This document shows positions 46,801 to 58,800 of a stretch of 64,000 bases of DNA, piece by piece; position 1 is the first letter of the stretch, and the number at the start of each line of letters is the position of its first letter. The stretch comes from Dehalococcoidia bacterium (GTDB lineage Bacteria > Chloroflexota > Dehalococcoidia > Lucifugimonadales > JAGWBF01): NCBI GenBank assembly GCA_965197415.1, contig OZ240207.1, positions 1,053,046 through 1,117,045 of the forward strand. The letters run 5' to 3'. A program made the translations under genes and the position numbers. The notes under the pieces were generated by a model. That model did not search any database. It worked only from the letters and a program-made list of their open reading frames with translations, and had not been told where the DNA came from.

Positions 46801-49800
46801 GAACCCTCCATAACCACCAGCCGGCCCTCCCTGACGTTACAGGAGAACGGGACGGGTACGATCTTTACCTTCCGCGCACGGGACCCCCAGGGGAGGCCCA
46901 TCGCCTGGTCACTGACAGGCGCGGACGAGAGCAACTTCACGATCAGCGACGGCGCGTTAACGTTCAACGATTCGCCGAACTTTGAGGATCCCGCCGACGC
47001 CAACGGGGACAACGTCTATGAACTGACGGTGGTGGTGACCGACGAACAGGGCCTGACCGACAGCTTTGAATTCACCGTCACCGTCACCAACCACCACGAG
47101 AACCGGGAACCGGCCATCACCACCAGTCCCAGCAGTGGCCTGACCTACCAGAAACTGAACCACCAGGAGAACCGCACCTCCACGGTCCATACCTACAGGG
47201 CCAGGAACTACGGGCCTGGCTCCATCAGCTGGACCCTGAGAGGGGCTGACTTCAGCTTCTTCGATATCAGCCCACAGGGAGCGCTGACCTTCAAGAACGC
47301 TCCCAATTATGAAACGCTTGGTAGCTCGGATGGCGACAATGACTACGAAATTGCCGTCGTGGCCTCCAACTCAGGAGGTTATTCCGACGAGTTGAACGTG
47401 GTAATCACCGTCACCGACGTGAACGAAGGGCCGGAGATAAGCCGGGTGGGTAGCGCTCCCGGCAGCGTGCCGGAGAACCAGGACCGAAACCAGGTGCTGT
47501 CCCGGTACACCGCCACCGATCCTGAGAATCCCAGTGCGGACATCACCCGCTGGAGCACATCGGGCAGCGACGGCGGCGACTTCGTGATCAGCGAACAGGG
47601 GGAGCTGCGGTTCCGCAACACCCCTGACTTCGAGCGTCCCGCCGACTCCAACCGGGACAACGAGTACGTATTCACGGTGCGGGCCTACGACGGGCGGTAC
47701 TATGGCTCCTTCGACGTGACCGTCACGGTCACCGACGTGAACGAGCCGCCCACCATCACGACGACAGGCAGCTCGGCGACGGCGCTGCGGCAGAACGAGA
47801 ACGTGACCTCGCGGCTGTACACCTACCGGGCCACCGACCCGGAGGGCGCCGACACGGTTACCTGGTCGGTGGTAGGGGTGGACAAGGACTTCTTCACCAT
47901 CGATGAGAGGGGCCAGTTCTCCTTCAAGGAGGAGAATGCACCCGACTTCGAGGACCCAGCGGACTCGGACCGGAACAACGTCTACAACGTGGTGGTGCAG
48001 GCCACGGACGACGACAACAACACCGCCCCGCTGGACGTGACGGTGACGGTGCGGGAGGTGAACGAGGGGCCTGAAGTAACCAGTGGTTCGCCCAGCTTCA
48101 CCATAAGCGAGAACCAGGACCTGCCCAACGCCGTCTACACGGGGTTCGACCCCGAGGGGGGCACGGTGACCCGGTGGACCGTGGGAGGTACTGACGGCGG
48201 CGACTTCATCATCACCGACACCAGCGCGCAGACGGGGCAAAACTCCGCCGAACTGACCTTCCGGAACACCCCTGACTTCGAGCGGCCCGCCGATTCCAAC
48301 CGGGATAGCGTGTACGAGGTCACGGTCCGGCCCTACGACGGGCGGTACTATGGCTCCTTCGACGTGACCGTCACGGTCACCGACGTGAACGAGCCGCCCA
48401 CCATCACGACGACAGGCAGCTCGGCGACGGCGCTGCGGCAGAACGAGAACGTGACCTCGCGGCTGTACACCTACCGGGCCACCGACCCGGAGGGCGCCGA
48501 CACGGTTACCTGGTCGGTGGAGGGAGTGGACAAGGACTTCTTCACCATCGATGAGAGGGGCCAGTTCTCCTTCAAGGAGGAGAATGCACCCGACTTCGAG
48601 GACCCAGCGGACTCGGACCGGAACAACGTCTACAACGTGGTGGTGCAGGCCACGGACGACGACAACAACACCGCCCCGCTGGACGTGACGGTGACGGTGC
48701 GGGAGGTGAACGAGGGGCCTGAAGTAACCAGTGGTTCGCCCAGCTTCACCATAAGCGAGAACCAGGACCTGCCCAACGCCGTCTACACGGGGTTCGACCC
48801 CGAGGGGGGCACGGTGACCCGGTGGACCGTGGGAGGTACTGACGGCGGCGACTTCATCATCACCGACACCAGCGCGCAGACGGGGCAAAACTCCGCCGAA
48901 CTGACCTTCCGGAACACCCCTGACTTCGAGCGGCCCGCCGATTCCAACCGGGATAGCGTGTACGAGGTCACGGTCCGGCCCTACGACGGGCGGTACTATG
49001 GCTCCTTCGACGTGACCGTCACGGTCACCGACGTGAACGAGCCGCCCACCATCACGACGACAAGCAGCTCGGCGACGGCGCTGCGGCAGAACGAGAACGT
49101 GACCTCGCGGCTGTACACCTACCGGGCCACCGACCCGGAGGGCGCCGACACGGTTACCTGGTCGGTGGAGGGAGTGGACAAGGACTTCTTCACCATCGAT
49201 GAGAGGGGCCAGTTCTCCTTCAAGGAGGAGAATGCACCCGACTTCGAGGACCCAGCGGACTCGGACCGGAACAACGTCTACAACGTGGTGGTGCAGGCCA
49301 CGGACGACGACAACAACACCGCCCCGCTGGACGTGACGGTGACGGTGCGGGAGGTGAACGAGGGGCCTGAAGTAACCAGTGGTTCGCCCAGCTTCACCAT
49401 AAGCGAGAACCAGGACCTGCCCAACGCCGTCTACACGGGGTTCGACCCCGAGGGGGGCACGGTGACCCGGTGGACCGTGGGAGGTACTGACGGCGGCGAC
49501 TTCATCATCACCGACACCAGCGCGCAGACGGGGCAAAACTCCGCCGAACTGACCTTCCGGAACACCCCTGACTTCGAGCGGCCCGCCGATTCCAACCGGG
49601 ATAGCGTGTACGAGGTCACGGTCCGGCCCTACGACGGGCGGTACTATGGCTCCTTCGACGTGACCGTCACGGTCACCGACGTGAACGAGCCGCCCACCAT
49701 CACGACGACAAGCAGCTCGGCGACGGCGCTGCGGCAGAACGAGAACGTGACCTCGCGGCTGTACACCTACCGGGCCACCGACCCGGAGGGCGCCGACACG

Positions 49801-52800
49801 GTTACCTGGTCGGTGGAGGGAGTGGACAAGGACTTCTTCACCATCGATGAGAGGGGCCAGTTCTCCTTCAAGGAGGAGAATGCACCCAACTTCGAGGACC
49901 CAGCGGACTCGGACCGGAACAACGTCTACAACGTGGTGGTGCAGGCCACGGACGACGACAACAACACCGCCCCGCTGGACGTGACGGTGACGGTCGCAAA
50001 CGACGCGGAGGGCGAGGAGCCCACCATCACCACCCGCCGTCCGCCCGCCACCTACCGGGAGAACGACACCCGCACGGTCTACACATTCCGGGCCTCCGAC
50101 CCCCAGCGTGGCGCCACCATCACTTGGACGTTGGAGGGCACGGATAGGGAAGACTTCACCATCACTGCCGACAGCAGCGGACGGGGAGTGCTGGCGTTCA
50201 TCAGCCCGCCCGACTATGAGAACCCTGAGGACTCGGATAGGGGGAGCGACTACGAGCTGACAGTCATCGCCACCGACGAGGACAGCCACGTCGACAGGCT
50301 CTCGTTCACCATCATCGTCACCGAGGTGGACGAGGGGCCGGAAGTGTCGGGACCGTCCAGCTTTAGCATCAACGAGAATGAAAGCCTACCCGACGCAGTC
50401 TATACCGCCAGGGATCCCGAGGGCTCCAACGTGGCCCGCTGGAGCGTGGGCGGCCGGGACGGCGGCGACTTCTTCATCACCCAGGGGGGCACCCTGTACT
50501 TCCGCTCCCCGCCCGACTACGAACGTCCCGCCGACTCCGACCGGGACAACGTGTACGAGGTGACCATCCAGCCCTCCGACGGCAGGAACAACGGCGCCTA
50601 CCCGGTGACCGTCACCGTCGGCAACGTCAACGAGCCGCCTGAGATCAGGAGCGGCAGCAAGACATCGTTCATGCAGCCGGAGAACCGCACGTCACGGCTT
50701 CACACTTACAGTGCCGCGGACCCGGAGGGCGGCACGGTGACGTGGGCGGTGGTAGGCCCAGACGCCGGACTGTTCACCATCGACGAGAGGGGACAGTTCT
50801 CCTTTAGAGAAGAAAACCCGCCGGACTTTGACAACCCCGGCGATGTTGGGAAGGACAACGTCTACGACGTGACCATCCAGGCGCGTGACCCCCAGTCCAA
50901 AACCGCGAGCCTGCCGGTCACGGTGACGGTAACCGAGGTCAATGAGGGGCCGGTGATCACCCGGGACGGCGACCTCTTCGGGAGTCCCCCCGGCAGCGTA
51001 CCGGAGAACACTCCCGTCACCCAGGTGCTGGCCACCTATACGGCCACGGACCCGGAGCGGCCCAGCGTGAAGATCACCCGGTGGAGCACATCGGGCCGGG
51101 ACGGCGGGGACTTCGTCATCAACGCCCTGGGGGAGCTCATGTTCCGGAACCCGCCCGACCACGAGCGGCCTGCCGATTCCAATCGGGACAACGTGTATGA
51201 GGTGACGGTCCGCGCGTCGGACGGGCGGAACACGGGCACCCTGGAGGAGGTGCAGAGGGTGACGGTGACCGGCGTCGACGAGGCGCCCACCATCACCACC
51301 ACCAGCCGGACCTCCTTCACCCAGCCGGAGGACCGGACCTCCACCCTGTACACCTTCCGGGCCACCGACCCGGAGGGGGAGGCGGTCACATGGGTGCCGG
51401 GCGGAACCGACGGGAGCGCCTTCACCATTGACGAACGGGGCGCGCTGTCCTTCACCAACCAGCCAGACTTTGAGAGTCCCACGGACTCGGGCGGGGACAA
51501 CGTGTATGAGGTGACGATTCAGGCGTCGGACGGGCGGAACAGGGACACCCTTGATGTGACCGTCACGGTCACCGACCACAACGATGGCGTGGAGCCGACC
51601 ATCAGCACCCGGCGTCCGCCCGCCACCTACCGGGAGAACGACACCCGCGCGGTCTACACCTTCCGGGCCTCCGACCCCCAGCGGGGCGCCACCATCACCT
51701 GGAAGCTGGAGGGCACGGACAGGGAAGACTTCACCCTGGACACGGACAGCAGGGGCCGGGCAGTGCTGGCCTTCCGGAACTCGCCTGATTTCGAGAGCCC
51801 CGCCGATGCGGACCAGGACAACGTCTACGAACTGGCGGTGGTGGCCACCGATGAAGAGGGCAACTCCGACCGGCTGGACTTCGCCATCATCGTCACCGAC
51901 CACAACGAGGGTGTGGAGCCGACCATCAGCACCCGGCGTCCGCCCGCCACCTACCGGGAGAACGACACCGGCCCGGTCTACACCTTCCGGGCCTCCGACC
52001 CCCAGCGCGGCACCACCATCAACTGGACGCTGGAGGGGACCGATGCCGAGGACTTCACCCTGACCGCCGACGACAGCGGACGGGGAGCGCTGGCGTTCCG
52101 GAACTTGCCTGACTTTGAGAACCCCGTTGATGCGGGGCAGGACAACGTCTACGAACTGGCGGTGGTGGCCGCCGATAATGACGGCAACTCCGACCGGGTG
52201 GACTTCGCCATCACCGTCACCGACGTAAACGAAGGGCCGGTGATCACCCTGGAGGGCACGGCAACCACCAGCGTTCCGGAGAACACTGCCGACACCAAGG
52301 TGCTGGCCGATTACACGGCCACGGACCCCGAAGACCCCACGGCAAACATCTTCCGCTGGAGCACCGCGGGCCGGGACGGAGGGGACTTCGTCATCAGCGA
52401 CCTGGGAGAGCTGCGGTTCCGGTCCTCGCCGGACTACGAGCGGCCCGCCGACTCCGACCGGAACAATGTGTACGAGCTCACCGTCCGGGCCTACGACGGC
52501 CGGGTCTATGGCGCCCATGACGTGACGGTGACGGTGACCCAGGTGAACGAGGCCCCGGTCATCACCACGAAGAGCAGGACCGAGTTCACCCTGAGGGAAA
52601 ACTTCACCGCTGTCCTGTACACCTACCGGGCGACGGACCAGGACGAAGACGACGCAGTCACATGGTCGGTGAAGGGAGCCGACGGAGGGGACTTCGCCAT
52701 CTACAAGGGCATCCTCAACTTCCGCCTGCTGCCGGACCTTGAGAACCCGGCGGACGCCGATGAGGACAACGTGTACGAGATCACCGTGGTGGCCGCTGAC

Positions 52801-55800
52801 CGCGCGGGGCTGCGGGACACCGTCGATGCCGTCATCACCATCACCGACCAGTCCGAGGGGCCCGTGATCGCGGGACCGATCTCATACACCGTGGCGGAGA
52901 GCTACGACATCGCCGGGGTCCTGGGGTCCTACACCGCCACCGACGCCAAGGACAACCGCCCGGTGCACCCCCGGTGGTCCCTGTCGGGACGGGACGGCGG
53001 CGACTTCACCATCAACGAGGATGGAGAGCTCACCTTCAGGAACATCCCCGACTACGACCGGCCCGCGGACGCCAACCGGGACAGCGTGTACGAGGTGACG
53101 GTGCGGGGCCACGACAGCCGGGCCTACGGCAACCTGAACGTGACGGTGACCGTCACAGATGTCAACGAGCACGACCCGGTGGTCACGGGCCGGGAAACCC
53201 TGAGCTTCCGGGAGAACACCGCCGTCGAAACCCGGCTGCACACCTACCGGGCCACGGACGGGGACCGGGATACCAGCTTCATCTGGTCGCTGGAGGGTGA
53301 TGACGAGGACGACTTCGCTATAGACCAGGGGGGAGTCCTGACCTTCAGCGCGCCGCCCGATTACGAGGGGCCTGCCGACAAGGACAACGACAGCGTGTAC
53401 CGGGTGACGGTGGTGGCGTCGGATGATGGGGCGAAACGAGGAACGCTGGGCGTGACCGTCACCGTCACCGAGCAGAACGAAGGGCCGGTGGTGTCGGGCA
53501 CGCCTGAGTTCACCGTCGTTGAGAACCAGCATCTGCCGCGCAGCGCCATCTACACCGCCCGGGACCCGGAGGCTGTTGGCGGGGTCGCCACCACCATCCG
53601 CTGGAGCGTTTCGGGCCGGGACGGCGGGGACTTCACCATTCACCGGGATACGGGAGTGCTAACCTTCCGCACCCCGCCGGACCACGAGCGTCCCGCGGAC
53701 GCCGACCGGAACAACGTGTACGAGGTCACCGTGAGGGCCCACGACGGCCGGAACTACGGCAACTTCCAGGTGACGGTGACGGTGGAGGACGTGGCCGAGA
53801 TCACCGGACCCGCCGCCATCACTCGGACGGAGAACTTCAAGGGCGACCTGGCGACCTATTCCCCCGCCGGCCAGGGAGACCTGGCCGTGGAGCCCTCCTG
53901 GCGGCTTACCGGCGCCGACAGCGGCGACTTCACCATCGACCGCGAGAGCGGGGAGCTGACCTTCCGGTCCACGCCCGACCACGAGCGGCCCGCCGACTCC
54001 AACCGGGACAACGTGTACAACTTCACCGTGCAGGTCTCCGACGGCAGCTACCACGGGACGCTGGACGTGATCGTGACGGTGGATGCGGTGAACGAACCTC
54101 CGGTCGTCACCGGAAGGGACAGCCTGAGCTTCCGGGAGAACACCCCAGTCACCACCCACCTCCACACCTACCGGGCCACCGACCCGGAGGGGGACGACTT
54201 CGCCTGGGACCTGGGCGGCTTGGACGCGAGTGACTTTACCATCACCACCGACAGCAGCGGGAGGGGCGTGCTGACCTTTGCCTCTCCGCCCAACTTTGAC
54301 ATCCCCAGCGGGTCCGGCGCTCACGTCAACGAGTACCTGGTGACGGTGGTTGCCTCGGACGGCACAAACCGGGGCACCCTGGACGTCACCGTCACCGTCA
54401 CCGACCAGAACGAGGGAGCGGTGGTCACCGGCGACCAGACCATCGCCGTACGGGAGAACCAGGACCCGGCCGTTACCTTGGCAACCTACTCCGCCACCGA
54501 CCCGGAGAACCAGCCCATCACCCGCTGGAGCCTGTCCGGCAGCGACGGCGGCGACTTCCTGATCAGCCCGACCGGCGAGCTGACGTTCCGCAACATGCCG
54601 GACTACGATCGTCCCGCCGACTCCAACCGGGACAACGAGTACATGGTCACCGTGCGGGCCTACGACGGGCGCACCTACGGCAGCCTGGACGTCACCATCA
54701 CGGTGAGCAACGTGAACGAGCACGCTCCCGTCATCCGCAAAGGCAGCCGCACCTCCTTCACCTACCGGGAGGAGGGCACGGCGGCCCTGTACACCTACAG
54801 AGCCACCGACGGCGACAAGGACGACACCATCACCTGGACCACGAAAGGGACCGACAGCGGAGACTTCACCATCAACGGTGACACCGGGGAGCTGACCTTC
54901 CGCACCCCGCCGGACCACGAGCAGCCCGCCGACGCCGGCCAGGACAACGTGTACAACCTTACCGTCGTGGCCACCGACATCGGCAGGCTGACCGACAGCC
55001 TGGACGTCATCGTCACCGTGACGGCGGTGGACGAAGGGCCGAAGGTCACCGGCATGACGACCTACACCGTGCCCGAAGGCCAGGAGCTCGCCGGAGCCAG
55101 ATTCACCGCTCAAGACCCGGAGGATGCCAGCGCTGCCGTATCCAGTTGGAGGCTGGCGGGGTCCGACGCCGGGGACTTCACCATCACCGGCGCCGACCAG
55201 AACTCCGCCCAACTGGCCTTCCGCAACCCGCCGGACTACGACCGGCCGGCCGACTCCAACCGGGACAATGAGTACCTGGTGACCATCCGCGCCTACAACG
55301 GGAACACCTACGGCTCCCTGGATGTGACGGTGACGGTCACCGACGAGAACGAGGCGGCGCCGGTGGTGACGGGGCGGGACACGCTGACCTTCCGCGAGAA
55401 CACCCCGGTGACCACCCGCCTGTACACCTACCGGGCCACGGACACGGACCGGGATACGGAGATCACCTGGTCGGTGGAGGGCGACGATGGGAACAACTTC
55501 GCGATAGAGGAGGGAGTTCTGACCTTCAGCGCTCCGCCCGATTATGAGGTGCCTACCGACAGCGACGGGAACAACGTGTACCAGGTGATGGTGGTTGCCT
55601 CGGACAGCACAAAGCGGGGCACACTGGACGTGATCGTGACCGTGACCGACGTGAACGAGGGGCCGGTCATAGAGGTCACCAGCGCCAATACCGACATCAC
55701 GGCAGAGGAGAACACGGCCACGGACCGGGTCCTGGCCACCTACGCCGCCACCGACCCGGAGGACCCGGACCTGGAAATAACCCGCTGGAGCGTCACCGGC

Positions 55801-58800
55801 CGGGACGGTGGGGACTTCACCATCAACGAGGATGGGGAGCTGACCTTCCGCAACCCACCGGACCACGAGCGTCCCGCCGACTCCGGCCGGGACAACATGT
55901 ACGAGGTAACGGTGCGAGCCTCCGACGGGCGAGTGTACGGCGCCCATGACGTGACGGTGACGGTGGAGGCGGTGGACGAGGCCCCCGAGTTCCGTAGTGG
56001 CAGCCGGGACTCCTTCTCCTACCGGGAGAACGGCACCGCCGCCCTCTACACCTACCGGGCCACCGACCCGGAGGGAGCCGAGGTCGCATGGTCGGTCAGC
56101 GGCGCCGACGGCGGGGCCTTCACCATCGACCGGAATACGGGAGTGCTGAACTTCAGGGAACCGCCGGACCATGACGACCCGGCGGACGATGGTCGGGACA
56201 ACGAATACCTTGTGACGGTGGTGGCCACTGACCAGACGGGCCGCGCCGCCAGCCTGCCGGTGACGGTGACGGTAACCGACGTGAACGAAGGACCGGAGAT
56301 AGCCGAAACCGGGACCAACACCGCCATCACGGTGGACGAGAACTACGATCAAGTCCTGGCCACCTACAGCGCCACCGACCCGGAGGACCCGACTGCCAAA
56401 ATCACCCGCTGGAGCGTCACCGGCCGGGACGGAGGGGACTTCACCATCAGCGAGAGTGGCGAGCTGAGCTTCCGCAACCCGCCGGACAGCGAGCGGCCCG
56501 CCGACGCCAACCGGGATAGCGTCTACGATGTCACCGTCCGGGCCTCCGATGGGCGGTACTACGGGACGCTTGACGTAGTGGTCACCGTGGAGGCCGTGGA
56601 CGAGGCGCCCGAGTTCCAGCGCAATACCCAGGACTCCTTCGTCTACCCGGAGAACGGCGCCTCTGCAATCTACACCTACCGGGCCAGCGACCCGGAGGGC
56701 AGCGACGTCACCTGGGGCCTGTCGGGGACAGACAGCGGCGCCTTCTCCATAGGCAAGACGGGCGTCCTCACCTTCAACAGCCCGCCGGACTACGAAGACC
56801 CGGCGGACAGGGACGACGACAATGTGTACCAGGTGGTGGTGCAGGCCAGCGACGACAGTTCCCCGCGCAACACCGCCTCCCTGGACGTGACGGTTACGGT
56901 TACCAATCTGACCGATGCGAGAGCCGTCATCCGGGGTACGGCGCAGGTGGGCCGGACTCTGACGGCAGAGACGTCGGGCATCCCCGACGAGGACAGGAGG
57001 GACAGGGTCGACTTCAGCTACCAGTGGCTGGCCGACGACAAGGACATAGAGGGTGCGACTGACCCAACCTACGAGATAACCGAAAGGGACGAGGGCAAGG
57101 CCATCAAGGTGAGGGTCACGTTTACAGACAACGCGGGCAAAGAGGAGACGCTGACCAGCGCGGCCACGGCGCCTGTGAAGCCGGCCCAGTCCAACGAACC
57201 CGCCGCGGGCCTGCCAACCATCAGCGGCACGGCGCAGGTGGGAGAAACGCTGACAGCGGATACGTCGGGCATATCCGATGCCGACGGTATGACCAACGCC
57301 GTGTTCAGATACCAGTGGACACGGTGGGACGGCGACACCGATGAGGACATTGAGGGCGCTACCGACCCGACTTATGAAGTTTCCGACGAGGACGAGGGCA
57401 AGACCATCAGGTTGAGGGTCGGCTTCAGCGACGACCGGGGCAACGACGAGGCGCTGACCAGCGCGGCCACCGGCGCCGTGGCGGCGAGACCCGCGCAGTT
57501 GACGGCGACATTCCCGGCCAGCCCGTTCCAGTCGTCCCGTCACAAGGGGGACGACGACCGGCCCCAGGTGATTGTCGCCTTCAACCTGCCGGTGCAGTCC
57601 TTCGACAAGACCACACCCTCAGTGTCGTTGACCGGGGCCACGGTGTCCAGCTTGGTCCGGCACGAGGAGGACGGACTGGAGAACGCCTGGGTGTTCTTCC
57701 TGGACCCTGAAGGCAACGACGTCGTCGTGTTCACCCTGGTTGCGGGTCAGTCGTGCGACGGGGGCGGAATCTGCACCGGGGAGGGGAAGATGCTGTCCGA
57801 AGGTGGGACGATCACCCTCCCCGGACCGGACGAGGAAGACAAGCCTGACAATACGGACTCGAATGAACCCAACAGCCCCGCCACGGGCCTGCCAACCATC
57901 AACGGCACGGCGCAGGTGGGGGAGACGCTGACGGCGGACACGTCTGGGATCATCGACGCCGACGGGCTTAGCAACGTCCAATACGAGTACCAGTGGCTGG
58001 CCGACGACGCTGAAGTCGCAGGCGCCACCGGCTCGACCTACACGCTGACCGATAGCGAAGAAAGCAAGACAGTCAAGGTGCAGGTCAGCTTCACCGACGA
58101 CGCCGACAACGAGGAGTTACTGACCAGCGCGGCGACGGGCGCGGTGGCCGGTGCGCAACCCACGGAACCGCCCACCAAGCCCAGTGGCCTCTCCGCCACG
58201 GCGTCGCACGACTCGGTGACCCTCACCTGGGACGACCCCGGCGACGACACCATCACCGGCTACGTGATCCTGCGCCGCATTCCAGGGGTCGACCCGGAGG
58301 GCCAGTTTGATGAGCTGGTGGCGGACACGGGCACGGCCGCTACCACCTACACCGACGACACGGTGTCGGCGGAGACGCGCTATACCTACCGTATCAAGGC
58401 CATCAACGAGCACGGGGTGAGCGAGCGCTCGCGCTGGGTCCACATCGACACCCCGGTGGCCCCGGCCCCGGAGGAGGAGCAGGCTGCCGAGCCGCCCGCC
58501 AAGGCAACGGGCCTCTCCTCCGAGGTCTCCCACAACATGGTGATCCTCACCTGGGACGACCCGAATGACGACAGCATAACCGGCTACCTGATCCTGAGGC
58601 GCGACAAGGACATCCACGAGGAGGGAACGTTCCTCACCGTCGCCCCTGACACCGGCTCGTCGGAGACGACCTACGTCGACGCCAGCGTCGAGCCGGAGCG
58701 GCGCTACGTCTACCGCATCAAGGCCATCAACGCCAGCGGAGTGAGCGAAATATTCTCATGGGTCCGGGCCTACACGCCCGCAGTCCCCGACCCCGCGCCG

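Noticed and set aside
47371-50289. Very long antisense ORFs inside the giant gene (for example 47371-50289, 972 aa; 53659-57543, 1294 aa; 50692-52518, 608 aa)
   Set aside because: They are Arg/Gly/Pro/Val-rich shadow frames typical of high-G+C coding DNA. They mirror the periodicity of the sense-strand repeats and have no recognisable motifs or RBS. The sense frame has clear domain content.
41707-56915. Highly regular 348-bp and 648-bp periodic repeats that could superficially look like an array
   Set aside because: This is not CRISPR. The units are far too long, contiguous without spacers, and lie in one open reading frame encoding CARDB and cadherin-like domains.
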